In this document: piece after piece, positions 50,329 through 59,875 of the stretch | Position numbering within the stretch: the first letter of the stretch is position 1 | Layout: every line of letters starts with the position of its first letter | Assembly: GCA_963663805.2 (NCBI GenBank) | Contig: CAXXMR010000011.1 | Coordinates: 116,511-180,510, forward strand | Direction of reading: 5' to 3' | DNA: 64,000 nucleotides | Source: Sedimentisphaerales bacterium | GTDB lineage: Bacteria; Planctomycetota; Phycisphaerae; Sedimentisphaerales; SM23-30 | Made by a program: the position numbers and the translations under genes | The notes under the pieces: generated by a model | Told to the model about the DNA's origin: nothing | Database searches by the model: none | Seen by the model: the letters and a program-made list of their open reading frames with translations, nothing else

Positions 50329-50670
50329 TCAGACACGAAACATAAAATATACTGCTCCCATAAGGCAGAGCCCGGCCCAGACATAGTCCAGTCGAAAACT
50401 TTCTTTGAGGTAGAACATCGAAAAAGGGACAAATACGGAGAGGGTTATGGCTTCCTGAAGGATTTTGAGCTGACCGACATTCATTGTGGTGTGGCCGATA
50501 CGGTTGGCCGGGACCTGAATGAGGTATTCGCCCAGAGCGATGGACCAACTGACCAGAGCGGCAATGACCCAGGGTTTGGCGGCCATGTTCTTGAGATGAC
50601 CGTACCAGGCGAAAGTCATAAATACGTTAGAGCAGACCAGCATACCGGCAGTTATAAGTATTGTTTTCAT
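50329..50670 (-). CDS. Small DMT-family membrane protein
   Basis: SNVFMTFAWYGHLK; EYLIQVPANRIG; QLKILQE. Confidence 0.9.
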   Translation of the reverse strand: MKTILITAGMLVCSNVFMTFAWYGHLKNMAAKPWVIAALVSWSIALGEYLIQVPANRIGHTTMNVGQLKILQEAITLSVFVPFSMFYLKESFRLDYVWAGLCLMGAVYFMFRV

Positions 50671-51014
50671 TAGTGTTTTTATCCTTACGGTTTTAAACAG
50701 TATTCTGGCAGACAGTTATAACGGCCAAGATAAAAAAGTCAATATCCCGAATCCAAGCTAATTCGCCAAGGGGATGAATATATAATCGTTGGACAAACAA
50801 GAATTCTGGTGATATTAATCCGGCTTAGTTATGGGACTACGTCGGAGTTCTGTTGAATTTTCGGAAATTCAGGATAAGGTACAGCGAGGTAGCTATGCAC
50901 GTTATTCTGCGGGATGTTACTGATTTCGGTTGCGAATGTTATGGGTGGTACTTATTCTGAGGGGCTGGGCATCTGAACAGATAGATGTTGTAGTTACAAA
51001 AGGGATATTTTTTT

Positions 51015-51686
51015 ATGCATAATGTAGATATTGCTTCGTTTATCGACCATGCGGCTTTGAAGCCGGAGATGACGGTTGAGAAGGTTCGGGCGGAGTGTTT
51101 GGTAGCTGTAACGTACGAGGTGGCAAGCGTTTGCGTGCGACCGGCAGATGTAATGGTGGCCAGAGAGGTGTTGACAGGCTCTAAAGTCGCTCTTTCGACA
51201 GTGATAGGTTTTCCCCATGGCAGTATCGCCGGTGATATAAAAGCGGCTGAGGCCGGGCGGGCACTTGACGACGGGGCCGTTGAGCTGGATATGGTACTCA
51301 ATTTCGCCCGGTTGATTTCGGGGGAAAATAAATACGTCAGAGATGAGATTGCGGGAATAACCTCGCTGGCAAAACCACGGGGGGCAATGGTGAAGGTTAT
51401 TTTGGAGACTTGCTATCTAACCCCTGAGCTTATCAGAACGGCCTGCCAAATCGCCGAAGAAGCTGGAGCCGACTATGTCAAGACCTCGACCGGGTTTGGT
51501 ACAGCCGGAGCGACTGCCGAAGCGGTAAAAATCATGCTGGAATCAGTAGGTGGTAGACTGGGCGTGAAAGCATCCGGGGGGATACGAACAGCGGAGCAGG
51601 CGGTTAGGTTCCTGGAGATGGGCTGTAAGAGGCTGGGTACCGGTTCCACCCAGGCGATTATAGCGGAGTTGAACCCAACAAAATAA
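51015..51686 (+). CDS. deoC: Deoxyribose-phosphate aldolase
   Basis: IDHAALKP; TVIGFPHG; ELDMV; KVILET; VKTSTGF; VKASGGIR. Confidence 0.96.
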   Translation: MHNVDIASFIDHAALKPEMTVEKVRAECLVAVTYEVASVCVRPADVMVAREVLTGSKVALSTVIGFPHGSIAGDIKAAEAGRALDDGAVELDMVLNFARLISGENKYVRDEIAGITSLAKPRGAMVKVILETCYLTPELIRTACQIAEEAGADYVKTSTGFGTAGATAEAVKIMLESVGGRLGVKASGGIRTAEQAVRFLEMGCKRLGTGSTQAIIAELNPTK

Positions 51687-51759
51687 AGCCGATGGTGGGA
51701 CTCGAACCCACAACCGCGGCTTTACGAAAGCCGTGCTCGACCAATTGAGCTACATCGGC
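51687..51759 (-). tRNA. tRNA-Thr(CGT), CCA not encoded
   Basis: rc GCCGATG-TAGCTCAATTGGTCGAGC-A-CGGCT-TT-CGT-AA-AGCCG-CGGTT-GTGGGTTCGAGTCCCAC-CATCGGC-T folds as a cloverleaf. Confidence 0.97.
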
Positions 51760-51795
51760 GCTGCTCAGACCCCCGCAAGGGGCAGCAAAGGGGAC

Positions 51796-51823
51796 AATAT
51801 AGCCCAAAATCGGGTATTGTCAA
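51796..51823 (-). promoter_or_regulatory. Sigma70 promoter of tRNA-Thr
   Basis: rc TTGACA-16 bp-TATATT about 35 bp upstream of the tRNA. Confidence 0.6.
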
Positions 51824-51832
51824 CAGTTCTTA

Positions 51833-52951
51833 TTATGTCGGTTCGCGCTGATTTGAAACTTTTTTGACCAGTTTGTTCATTTTTAGTTGGTTTTCGCTGA
51901 TAGATTTGACCAGCTTGAACTGGGTGCGGCAGCGGTCGAGGTTTTGGTTGTCGCGGTGAATTTTGAAATAGGTATCTCCGGCCAGGTGGTCGGTCAGAAA
52001 CCGCGTACCTATCGTCAGGGTAATCATCTGGCCGCTGAAAACCAGATGGTCCCGCTCGGCCTGATTCAGAAAATCACCCGCCGAAGAAAGATAGCCTCTC
52101 AAAACCGCTTCAAAACGGGGCATTTGCATACCAACTTTAGATAAATCTCTTTCGTCTTCTTCCGAGGGGCTGAGGGTTGTTCTTAGGATATCGCCGAAAT
52201 CATATAGGGCCAGGCCGGGCATTACGGTATCGAGGTCAATAGCGCAGATTCCCTCGTTGGTCTCGTCGTCAATCATGACATTGTTTATTTTTGTGTCATT
52301 ATGGGTTATGCGAATGGGGATTTTTCCCTCCTCGACCAGTTTGGGCAGGACATCGAAAATCCAGGCGTTTTTCAGCAGATACTCAATTTCTGCCTGACAA
52401 TCTCGGGCACGATTGCAGATGTCTTTTTGCAGGGCGTCACGGAAATCTCGAAATCTTTTCGGACCGTTATGGAAATCCGGTATGGTTTCAAATAAGGGCG
52501 GCTTAGGCAGGTCAACGAGCATTTTTTGGAACTGGCCGAAGGCTTTGGCGGCCTGAAAAGCCTGGTCGAGGTTCTGCATTACATCATAAGTTTGGGCCTT
52601 TTCGATAAAAATATAAACTCGCCAGTAATTTTCCTGTTCGTCAATATAATATCCCTGGCCGTCTCGGGCGGGGATGATAGTGATGACTTTTCTGTCAATA
52701 TCGCGAGCCTGGGCCACTTTCAGTTTTTCGCGGAGGTGGCTGGTGACGCGTATAATATTTTCCATCAGTCGCGGCGGATTTTTGAAGATATTATGATTGA
52801 TTCGCTGAAAGATATAGCGAACCTTACTGCTGTTATGGTCAGAGGTTACGGCGAAAGTATCGTTTATATGGCCGCTGCCGTAGGGACAGGCGTCAATAAA
52901 ACTCGCGTCAATCTGGAAGTTTCGGAAGATTTTTTCAAGATTGTATTTCAT
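51833..52951 (-). CDS. APH-like phosphotransferase (N-acetylhexosamine 1-kinase-like)
   Basis: YGSGHINDT; QRINH; ETIPDFHN; THNDTKINN; IDLDTVMPG; YDFGD. Confidence 0.85.
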   Translation of the reverse strand: MKYNLEKIFRNFQIDASFIDACPYGSGHINDTFAVTSDHNSSKVRYIFQRINHNIFKNPPRLMENIIRVTSHLREKLKVAQARDIDRKVITIIPARDGQGYYIDEQENYWRVYIFIEKAQTYDVMQNLDQAFQAAKAFGQFQKMLVDLPKPPLFETIPDFHNGPKRFRDFRDALQKDICNRARDCQAEIEYLLKNAWIFDVLPKLVEEGKIPIRITHNDTKINNVMIDDETNEGICAIDLDTVMPGLALYDFGDILRTTLSPSEEDERDLSKVGMQMPRFEAVLRGYLSSAGDFLNQAERDHLVFSGQMITLTIGTRFLTDHLAGDTYFKIHRDNQNLDRCRTQFKLVKSISENQLKMNKLVKKVSNQREPT

Positions 52952-53086
52952 AATGCCACTTTCGATTTCAAGCCAAATTTGTCAAAAAGTCATTTACTAT
53001 CTGGATTATAAAGGCTTTTAGCTTGACTAAAATGGTCATAAGTAATATTGTGATGGATATAAGTCATTTTACAGAACGGCTGCCAG

Positions 53087-53980
53087 ATGAAAAAAAAGGA
53101 TAATTCCGCCAAGATTATCAAAGACCAATACGCCCAGAACCCACGCGGCAAGGTTCTGGACGCCCGCTATTTTTATTATGATACTTCGCCGGATTACAAT
53201 CGAGATTTGGCGATTGTTTGCGGGGGTTATGAGAAATGCGCGTCGAATTTTGATATTAACCGTTCGACGTACCCTTATTATTTTGTCAAATATACGACAA
53301 GGGGCAAGGGGCGGCTGGAGATAAACTCGCGGCGTATAGAGTTGACGGCAGGTTCGGTTTCGGGTTTTTGTCCGGGTACGGCTCATCATTACCGTGCTGA
53401 TGGGCAAGAGCCTATGGAGCATATATTTGTGACTTTTGTGGGTGCTGAGGCTGAGCGTCTGCTTCGGGCAGGTTCGCTATATGAGGCCGGGGCGGTGAGG
53501 CCTTTGAAGTCGGCTGAAGTTTTGGGGGTATTTGAGAAGATTTTTGACGCGGGTATCGAGAAGGGGCGGTATTCGCAGGAGATATGCTGTAACTATTTGC
53601 GGATATTGTTTTTACTGCTGGGTCAGGATTCGGGGCAGCTGAAACGGAATTATTCTCAGTCGATGGCGACTTATTTTGAGTGCAAGAAATATATTGATGA
53701 CAATTTTTCCCAACTCTCTTCTTCGCAAGAAGTTGCGGAACATTGTGCTATAAACTCCCGTTATATGTCCTCACTGTTTAAGCGGTATTGCCATACCTCT
53801 CCTCACGAATATGTTATGCGGCTGAAGTTGAATAAGGCGGCTAATCTTTTGCTGACGTCTTCGCTTTCGGTTAAGGAAATCGCGTATCAGGTGGGATTTG
53901 AGGATCCTTATCATTTTTCACGTAACTTCAAGAAAATTCATAGTTTACCGCCTAGAGAGTATCGGGATTTTCATTCGTGA
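53087..53980 (+). CDS. AraC-family transcriptional regulator
   Basis: YMSSLFKR; VKEIAYQVGFEDPYHFSRNFKK. Confidence 0.92.
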   Translation: MKKKDNSAKIIKDQYAQNPRGKVLDARYFYYDTSPDYNRDLAIVCGGYEKCASNFDINRSTYPYYFVKYTTRGKGRLEINSRRIELTAGSVSGFCPGTAHHYRADGQEPMEHIFVTFVGAEAERLLRAGSLYEAGAVRPLKSAEVLGVFEKIFDAGIEKGRYSQEICCNYLRILFLLLGQDSGQLKRNYSQSMATYFECKKYIDDNFSQLSSSQEVAEHCAINSRYMSSLFKRYCHTSPHEYVMRLKLNKAANLLLTSSLSVKEIAYQVGFEDPYHFSRNFKKIHSLPPREYRDFHS

Positions 53981-54027
53981 GGGTTGGGATTGACTGTATA
54001 AAAACTGGGGAAGCAAAATGCGTTTAG

Positions 54028-56012
54028 CCCCAATTTCTCACTTAAGGGGTAAAAAGTGGATTTTTGGCTCCTTCAGGGCTGTTGGTCTGTCGCCAACAGT
54101 GGTGTTATTTTTTGAGCTGACCGCTGTATATTTTCGGTGGCTTTTGCGGCGGCATTTCCATCTTCAAATGGTATAGCAGCAATTTCTGATCGCCATCGGG
54201 CTCGGTATATCTCTGCATCAGCAGAGTCCTGCCGTCCTGGGTTTCAAAGGACACATCGAGCATCTGGATTCGTGACATTGTTTCCAAAACGGCCTGGCTG
54301 GTTATCCCGCAGGCACTGGCCCGCAGTCTGTGTCTCAAGGTCACTTGCAGACAATAGCTCATAAACGCTACAAACACGTGAGCATCGACCCGGTCTTCTT
54401 TATGGTGATAGACCGGCCGAACACCCAGATCGCTTTTGAGCTCCCGGAACGCTTGTTCTACATTACATTGCAGCATATACTCCTGCCAAAGCTCTATGCC
54501 ATTCTTTCCGGTTTGATTGGTACGCAAAAAGTATGTGCCGTCACGATAAATCATTTCTCGGTATTTGTTCCTATCGAATTTATAATCAAACTCACCTTCC
54601 TCAATTCTTTCCTTTGGTTTTGGAATTGTAAGAGTAACGCATTTATACGAACTGCCAGCATGATGTTTGAGTTTGCCCAGCCTTTGCATAAAACGGGCGT
54701 AATCACGATATTTCTTCAGCTTCTCCAGACCTTCCAGATAGTCACGCAGCTTGCGCTTACGCATAGCCCGTTCTTTAGCCATCCGCTCTTTGCTGCGGGC
54801 TAGAACATAACATTCACCATCTTTTTCGATATGCTTTATGCGAACACTGTCATTTACATCATGCCAGTTTTTCACCGAGAGTTCTTTTGAGAATTCATCC
54901 AGTAATTTACGAGGAGTACCAACAAGGTAACCAATGTCATTATCACGCATGTGCTCAAGTACCGCTTCTGTGGGGATACCCCGGTCCATCAGCCAAACCC
55001 TGCCGACTTGGCCGTATTTTGACTCTATCTTGTTCAATAACGGCTTTAGCGTGGTTTTCTCCGAGGTATTACCCGCCCAGATTTCATAATTAATCGGAAA
55101 GCCATCGGGCGTAACTACCAAAGCTATCAGAATCTGCCGACAATCACTTCTGCGATCTTTGCTATGACCAAATTTGGCTTTAGGATTCTGTTTGCATAAT
55201 CCCTCAAAATACGTACTGGTGATATCGTAAAGCAAAATATCGTATTCCAGATTGAACATCATCTGCCAGGTATCTTTCAGATAAGAGCAAAGCTCCTCTT
55301 TGTAGGGCAATATCCTGTCCAGGCAGCGGTAAAGCCGGTTCTTTTCGGCAACCTCAAAATCACAGTCCAGCAATACATCCATTGCGGTTTGAGTAAACCA
55401 GTGCTGATGAACATAAAACTCCGCGCCGGGTTTGATAAGACGATTTACCGTCAATAATTTAACGACTTTGGAATACTCCACCGAAGATCTTTCGGTGTCT
55501 ATACGAGCGGACCAGAATTTATCCAGCCCAAGAGTATCCCATATCTCACAGCCCAGCCAACAGTCACCAAATGTTCGGGGGTTTTCCAGCCGCATCTTTG
55601 ATAATTTCACGGCAATGGTATCGACATCATGGTGGGCATGATTATCCTGGTCATAAGCAAACAATGATTTGCGGACAGGCTGGTTATCCTCGTTGATTAT
55701 CTCAATAGACTTTTCCCAGGACTTCTTTTGCGAATCGGAAATCTCCCCGAGATACAGAACCATCTTCTCCACATAACGACCGCGCGAGACTTTACGCTTC
55801 TCAGCTATGCTGTAGTAGGTGTTGTACTTGCCGTTCTTCTTTCGCTTGTGCTTCTTCAGGTACATGCACATATTATCGCGGCTGAAAAACACCTGGCAAT
55901 AGGGCAGGTCTGTACCAGAGCCAATATCGAACTAAAATCGCCGCTTACAACTCAAAATCACAGAAAATATTTTTATTTTTGACGGTTTTGACCGCTAAGT
56001 GAGAAATTGGGG
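54028..56012 (-). mobile_element. IS1634-family element
   Basis: Perfect 17-bp IR CCCCAATTTCTCACTTA (54028-54044 / 55996-56012); flanking direct repeat TTAG (54024-54027, 56013-56016). Confidence 0.92.
54105..55865 (-). CDS. IS1634 DDE transposase
   Basis: LYRCLD; YDITSTYFEG; GHSKDRR; MDRG; VEQAFRELKSDL..RPVYH. Confidence 0.95.
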   Translation of the reverse strand: MYLKKHKRKKNGKYNTYYSIAEKRKVSRGRYVEKMVLYLGEISDSQKKSWEKSIEIINEDNQPVRKSLFAYDQDNHAHHDVDTIAVKLSKMRLENPRTFGDCWLGCEIWDTLGLDKFWSARIDTERSSVEYSKVVKLLTVNRLIKPGAEFYVHQHWFTQTAMDVLLDCDFEVAEKNRLYRCLDRILPYKEELCSYLKDTWQMMFNLEYDILLYDITSTYFEGLCKQNPKAKFGHSKDRRSDCRQILIALVVTPDGFPINYEIWAGNTSEKTTLKPLLNKIESKYGQVGRVWLMDRGIPTEAVLEHMRDNDIGYLVGTPRKLLDEFSKELSVKNWHDVNDSVRIKHIEKDGECYVLARSKERMAKERAMRKRKLRDYLEGLEKLKKYRDYARFMQRLGKLKHHAGSSYKCVTLTIPKPKERIEEGEFDYKFDRNKYREMIYRDGTYFLRTNQTGKNGIELWQEYMLQCNVEQAFRELKSDLGVRPVYHHKEDRVDAHVFVAFMSYCLQVTLRHRLRASACGITSQAVLETMSRIQMLDVSFETQDGRTLLMQRYTEPDGDQKLLLYHLKMEMPPQKPPKIYSGQLKK

Positions 56013-56313
56013 TTAGCGTTTACGGGCTGCCGGCAGGCCAACCGAGAAGGCCCCAGAGTTACCCAGGGCTTCCTGCCGTATAGCCGGAAACACGGCGCCC
56101 GGGTCGCCCGCCTGCGTTGGGCTATCCTCCGTGATTCCAAGGGGATAGTAACCTTTTGCTTGGGCAGATTCCGGGAGAAAATGAACGACGAAACCCCGCT
56201 CCTGCCCGAAGCCTCCAAAGCGATAAACGCATCTTTCGAGAAGGCACAATGCAAGCTGCCCCCAACCTTTGGGACGATAACTATTTTTTAACGTTTTTTT
56301 TGATGCCGGTTAT

Positions 56314-56787
56314 CTAGCCGACGGAATCGTCAGTTAGTGTTTTGCCGCGACTGATAAATTCGAGGGTGTCTTTGCGAACTTCGTCTATGTTCAGGCCGAG
56401 GTTCCGTAATACCAGAGTGCCGGTGCTTTCGCCTTCGTAGAGCATACCGAGCAGGATGTGTTCGGTGCCGATGTGATTATGTTTCAGGAAGCGGGCTTCT
56501 TTGACAGCGTCGTCAAGGACTTCCTGGGCTTGTTTGGTGCGGGGCAGGGTTTCATAATCGCCGTTTTCGGGGCCTGGTCCGTGGGTGACCATTTTTGTGA
56601 TTTGTTCTTTGGCATGGAGCAGGTCAACATTCTGATGCTGCAAAATCTCAGCCGCCAAACCCTGTTTAACCTCTATCAGGCCGAGCAGGATATGGTCGGT
56701 GCCGATGTGGTCGTGTTTGAGGTGCTGGGCTTCCTGACGAGCCCGATTCAGTACACTGCGGGCGTTTTCGGTATATCTTTCAAACAT
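56314..56787 (-). CDS. Stand-alone Clp N-terminal (ClpC-like double repeat) domain protein
   Basis: MFERYTENAR; HIGTDHILLGL and HIGTEHILLGM; no AAA domain follows. Confidence 0.85.
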   Translation of the reverse strand: MFERYTENARSVLNRARQEAQHLKHDHIGTDHILLGLIEVKQGLAAEILQHQNVDLLHAKEQITKMVTHGPGPENGDYETLPRTKQAQEVLDDAVKEARFLKHNHIGTEHILLGMLYEGESTGTLVLRNLGLNIDEVRKDTLEFISRGKTLTDDSVG

Positions 56788-56879
56788 TCATTATCTCCAG
56801 GTTACTACGTTATACAGAGCCCCTTGGCTCCGCAACCCGGCATGATAATCTGCTTGCCCACCGGGGTCAAGCCGCGATG

Positions 56880-58301
56880 TCAGCGGCCCGGCAATTCAAT
56901 CTGAAAATAGCTCTGAGCGTTATTAAAACAGATATTCTGCACCATAGGACCCAGTGATTTGGTGTCATTGGGTATTTCCCCAATAGCTGCCCATTCGCCT
57001 AGTAATTTGCATAGTATGCGGCGGAAGTATTCATGGCGGGGGTATGAAAGAAAGCTGCGGGAGTCGGTCAGCATTCCTACGAATCGGCTGAGCAGGCCGA
57101 GGTTGGCTAACACGGTCATTTGCTTTTGCATACCGTCACGCTGGTCGAGAAACCACCAACCCGAACCGTACTGGATTTTGCCGGGAGTCTTGCCGTCCTG
57201 GAAATTGCCGAGCATGGTGGCCATCAGTTCGTTGTCGGCGGGGTTGAGATTGTAAAGTATGGTGCGGGTAAGCTGGTTGTTGCGGTCGAGCCGGTCGAGC
57301 AGACGGGCCAGCGGCTGGGCGCAGTGGAAGTCGCTGATGGAGTCGTAGCCGGTGTCAGGTCCGAGGATGTTCATCATTCGGGAATTATTGTTACGCAGGG
57401 CACCGAAATGGAGCTGCTGGGACCAGTTCTTTTGGTGGTTCATGACCATTAGCTCATAAAGCAGCGCGGACTGGAATTTGAGGCAATCATCAACGCCGAT
57501 AGGTCTGCCGCTGCGCAGCTTGTTGAAAATGTCATTGATCTGGCTTTCGGTATAATCTGCCGCGGGGATAATGGTCAGGCCGTGGTCGGCGATACGGCAG
57601 CCGTTAGCATGAAAATAATCATGACGTTTGCGAATGGCCGTCAGATAATCGTCGAAACTGCTGATTTGGCAATCCGCAGCTTTCTCCAGACCGTTAATCC
57701 ACTCATTAAGCGACTCGACATTTTCACAGGCCAGAGCTTTGTCGGGTCGCCAGGCGGTGCTGACGGTAATATCAAAATTATCCGCAGCGATTTTCTGATG
57801 ATGTTCCAGGTTGTCCAGCGGGTCTTCGGTGGTGCAGACCATTTTAACATTCATTTTACGCATGATATTGCGGACGCTGAATTCGGGCGAACGCAGCATT
57901 TCGGAACACCTATCGTAAATTTCTTTTGCGGTGTCCGGTCCGAGCCGTTTGCCGGTTATGCCGAAGGGACGTTTAAGTTCCAGATGGGTCCAGACGTAAA
58001 GAGGGTTGCCGATGGCGTAAGGGGCGGTTTGGGACCATTTCTCGAATTTTTCGTAATCGCTCGCACTGCCGGTAATGAATCTTTCGTCGATGCCGTTGCT
58101 GCGCATCGCCCGCCATTTATAATGGTCGCCGTTAAGCCATATCTGAGTAAGGTTATCGAAATTGCGGTCCGCAGCGATGTCGGCAGGGGGCAGGTGACAG
58201 TGGTAATCGTAGATAGGCATGTCCGCGGCGTAATCGTGATAGAGCCGACGCGCGGTCTCGGTGGTCAGCAGTAAATCGTCGCTCATAAATTCGATGGTCA
58301 T
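56880..58301 (-). CDS. uxaC: Glucuronate (uronate) isomerase
   Basis: PIYDYHCHL; GDHYKWRAMR; GSGWWFLD; GMLTDSRSFLSYPRHEYFRR. Confidence 0.97.
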   Translation of the reverse strand: MTIEFMSDDLLLTTETARRLYHDYAADMPIYDYHCHLPPADIAADRNFDNLTQIWLNGDHYKWRAMRSNGIDERFITGSASDYEKFEKWSQTAPYAIGNPLYVWTHLELKRPFGITGKRLGPDTAKEIYDRCSEMLRSPEFSVRNIMRKMNVKMVCTTEDPLDNLEHHQKIAADNFDITVSTAWRPDKALACENVESLNEWINGLEKAADCQISSFDDYLTAIRKRHDYFHANGCRIADHGLTIIPAADYTESQINDIFNKLRSGRPIGVDDCLKFQSALLYELMVMNHQKNWSQQLHFGALRNNNSRMMNILGPDTGYDSISDFHCAQPLARLLDRLDRNNQLTRTILYNLNPADNELMATMLGNFQDGKTPGKIQYGSGWWFLDQRDGMQKQMTVLANLGLLSRFVGMLTDSRSFLSYPRHEYFRRILCKLLGEWAAIGEIPNDTKSLGPMVQNICFNNAQSYFQIELPGR

Positions 58302-58322
58302 GACATTTACCTTATGCGAATG

Positions 58323-58350
58323 AAAAGGCAGACGCTTTTGAACGCCTGCC
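58323..58350 (-). terminator. Stem-loop with T tract between gnd and uxaC
   Basis: rc GGCAGGCG-ttcaaaag-CGTCTGCC-TTTT. Confidence 0.55.
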
Positions 58351-58365
58351 CGTAATTTATAGTCA

Positions 58366-59817
58366 TCAGACGACGTAAGTGCTGGCTGCGGTGTTGCCGC
58401 CTCTGCCGGTCCAGTTGGTGTGGAAGAATTCGCCGCGGGGTTTGTCTACGCGTTCGTAGGTATGGGCGCCGAAGTAGTCACGCTGGGCCTGGAGCAGGTT
58501 AGCCGGCAGTCTTTCACTGCGATAGCCGTCGAAGAACGCCAGAGCCGAAGAAATTGCCGGCATGGGAATCCCCAGTTCAACCGCGGCAACGACAACACGG
58601 CGCCAGGCAGCCTGGGCTTTGCTTACAGCGTTATTAAAGAACGGGTCCAGCAGCAGATTGGAAAGTTCTGGATTCTTCGTGAACGCTTCCTTAATCTTGC
58701 CCAAAAAGGCTGAGCGAATAATACAGCCGCCGCGCCACATCAGGGCGATGCCGCCGTAATTGAGGTTCCAGTTGTAGGTTACTGCCGCGGCCCGCATGAG
58801 CTGGTAGCCCTGGGCGTAACTGACGATTTTAGATGCGTAAAGCGCATGCTGCAAATCGTCCACTAGTTGTTTTTTGTCTCCGGTGAATTTCGAGACCTCA
58901 CCTTTGATTTGCTTTGAGGCTTCGACACGTTCGTCTTTGATGGCCGACAGGCAGCGGGCGAATACTGCTTCGCCGATGAGCGTTAGCGGCATACCTTCAT
59001 CCAGTGCGGCGATGGCGGTCCATTTGCCGGTGCCTTTCTGCCCCGCGGTGTCGAGGATGAGGTCGAGGGTATCGTTGCCGTCTTCGTCTTTATAGCCCAG
59101 GATGTCGCGGGTTATTTCGATGAGATACGAATCGAGCTCGCCTTTGTTCCATTTGGTGAATACATCATGCATTTCGGCGTTGGTCAAACCGAGTCCCTGT
59201 TTCATCATCTGGTAGGTTTCGCAAATCATCTGCATATCGCCGTATTCGATGCCGTTATGGACCATTTTGACGAAATGTCCTGCCCCGTTTTCGCCTACCC
59301 ATTCGCAGCAGGGTTCACCGGCTTCGGTCTGAGCCGAGCATTTCTGGAAGATGGGCGCGACATGTTCCCAGGCCGCGTTACTGCCGCCGGGCATGATGGA
59401 AGGGCCCAGCAAGGCTCCTTCTTCACCGCCGGAGACACCGGTGCCGATGTAGAGCTTGCCTTTGCTCTCGACGTATTCGGTGCGGCGGATGGTGTCGGGG
59501 AAGTGGCTGTTGCCGCCGTCGATGATGATGTCGCCGTTGTCGAGGTGGGGCAGTACCTGTTCGATGAAGGCGTCCACGGCACCGCCGGCCTTGACCAGCA
59601 GCATTACTTTGCGGGGTGATTTGAGCGAATTTACAAATTCCTCGATCGAGTGGCAGCCGACGATGTTCTTGCCTTTCGCGCGGGCGTTCATGAAGTCGTC
59701 AACTTTCGATACCGTGCGGTTAAAGCACGCCACGGTAAAGCCTTTGCTTTCCATGTTGAGGATGAAGTTTTCGCCCATTACCGCCAGACCCACCAGGCCG
59801 ATGTCCGCTTTAGTCAT
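58366..59817 (-). CDS. gnd: 6-phosphogluconate dehydrogenase, decarboxylating (NADP)
   Basis: GLAVMG; VSGGEEGA; VKMVHNGIEYGDMQ; GQKGTGKW; QRDYFGAHTY. Confidence 0.97.
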   Translation of the reverse strand: MTKADIGLVGLAVMGENFILNMESKGFTVACFNRTVSKVDDFMNARAKGKNIVGCHSIEEFVNSLKSPRKVMLLVKAGGAVDAFIEQVLPHLDNGDIIIDGGNSHFPDTIRRTEYVESKGKLYIGTGVSGGEEGALLGPSIMPGGSNAAWEHVAPIFQKCSAQTEAGEPCCEWVGENGAGHFVKMVHNGIEYGDMQMICETYQMMKQGLGLTNAEMHDVFTKWNKGELDSYLIEITRDILGYKDEDGNDTLDLILDTAGQKGTGKWTAIAALDEGMPLTLIGEAVFARCLSAIKDERVEASKQIKGEVSKFTGDKKQLVDDLQHALYASKIVSYAQGYQLMRAAAVTYNWNLNYGGIALMWRGGCIIRSAFLGKIKEAFTKNPELSNLLLDPFFNNAVSKAQAAWRRVVVAAVELGIPMPAISSALAFFDGYRSERLPANLLQAQRDYFGAHTYERVDKPRGEFFHTNWTGRGGNTAASTYVV

Positions 59818-59875
59818 TTGCTTGTCTCCTGTTTTGTTTAATGCTTTTAGGATGATTTCAATTTATGTTTTTTGT

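Noticed and set aside
50790..50835. RNase P RNA 3' motif (ATCCGGCTTA)
   Set aside because: No upstream GAGGAAAGTCC partner or P4 helix.
51687..51759. tRNA-Thr as an integration site for a genomic island
   Set aside because: No integrase and no duplicated tRNA 3' end seen in the window; deoC abuts the tRNA directly.
55973..56291. Protein-coding gene next to IS1634
   Set aside because: Overlapping short ORFs on both strands, some crossing the IS end, with no motifs; better explained as structured non-coding DNA.
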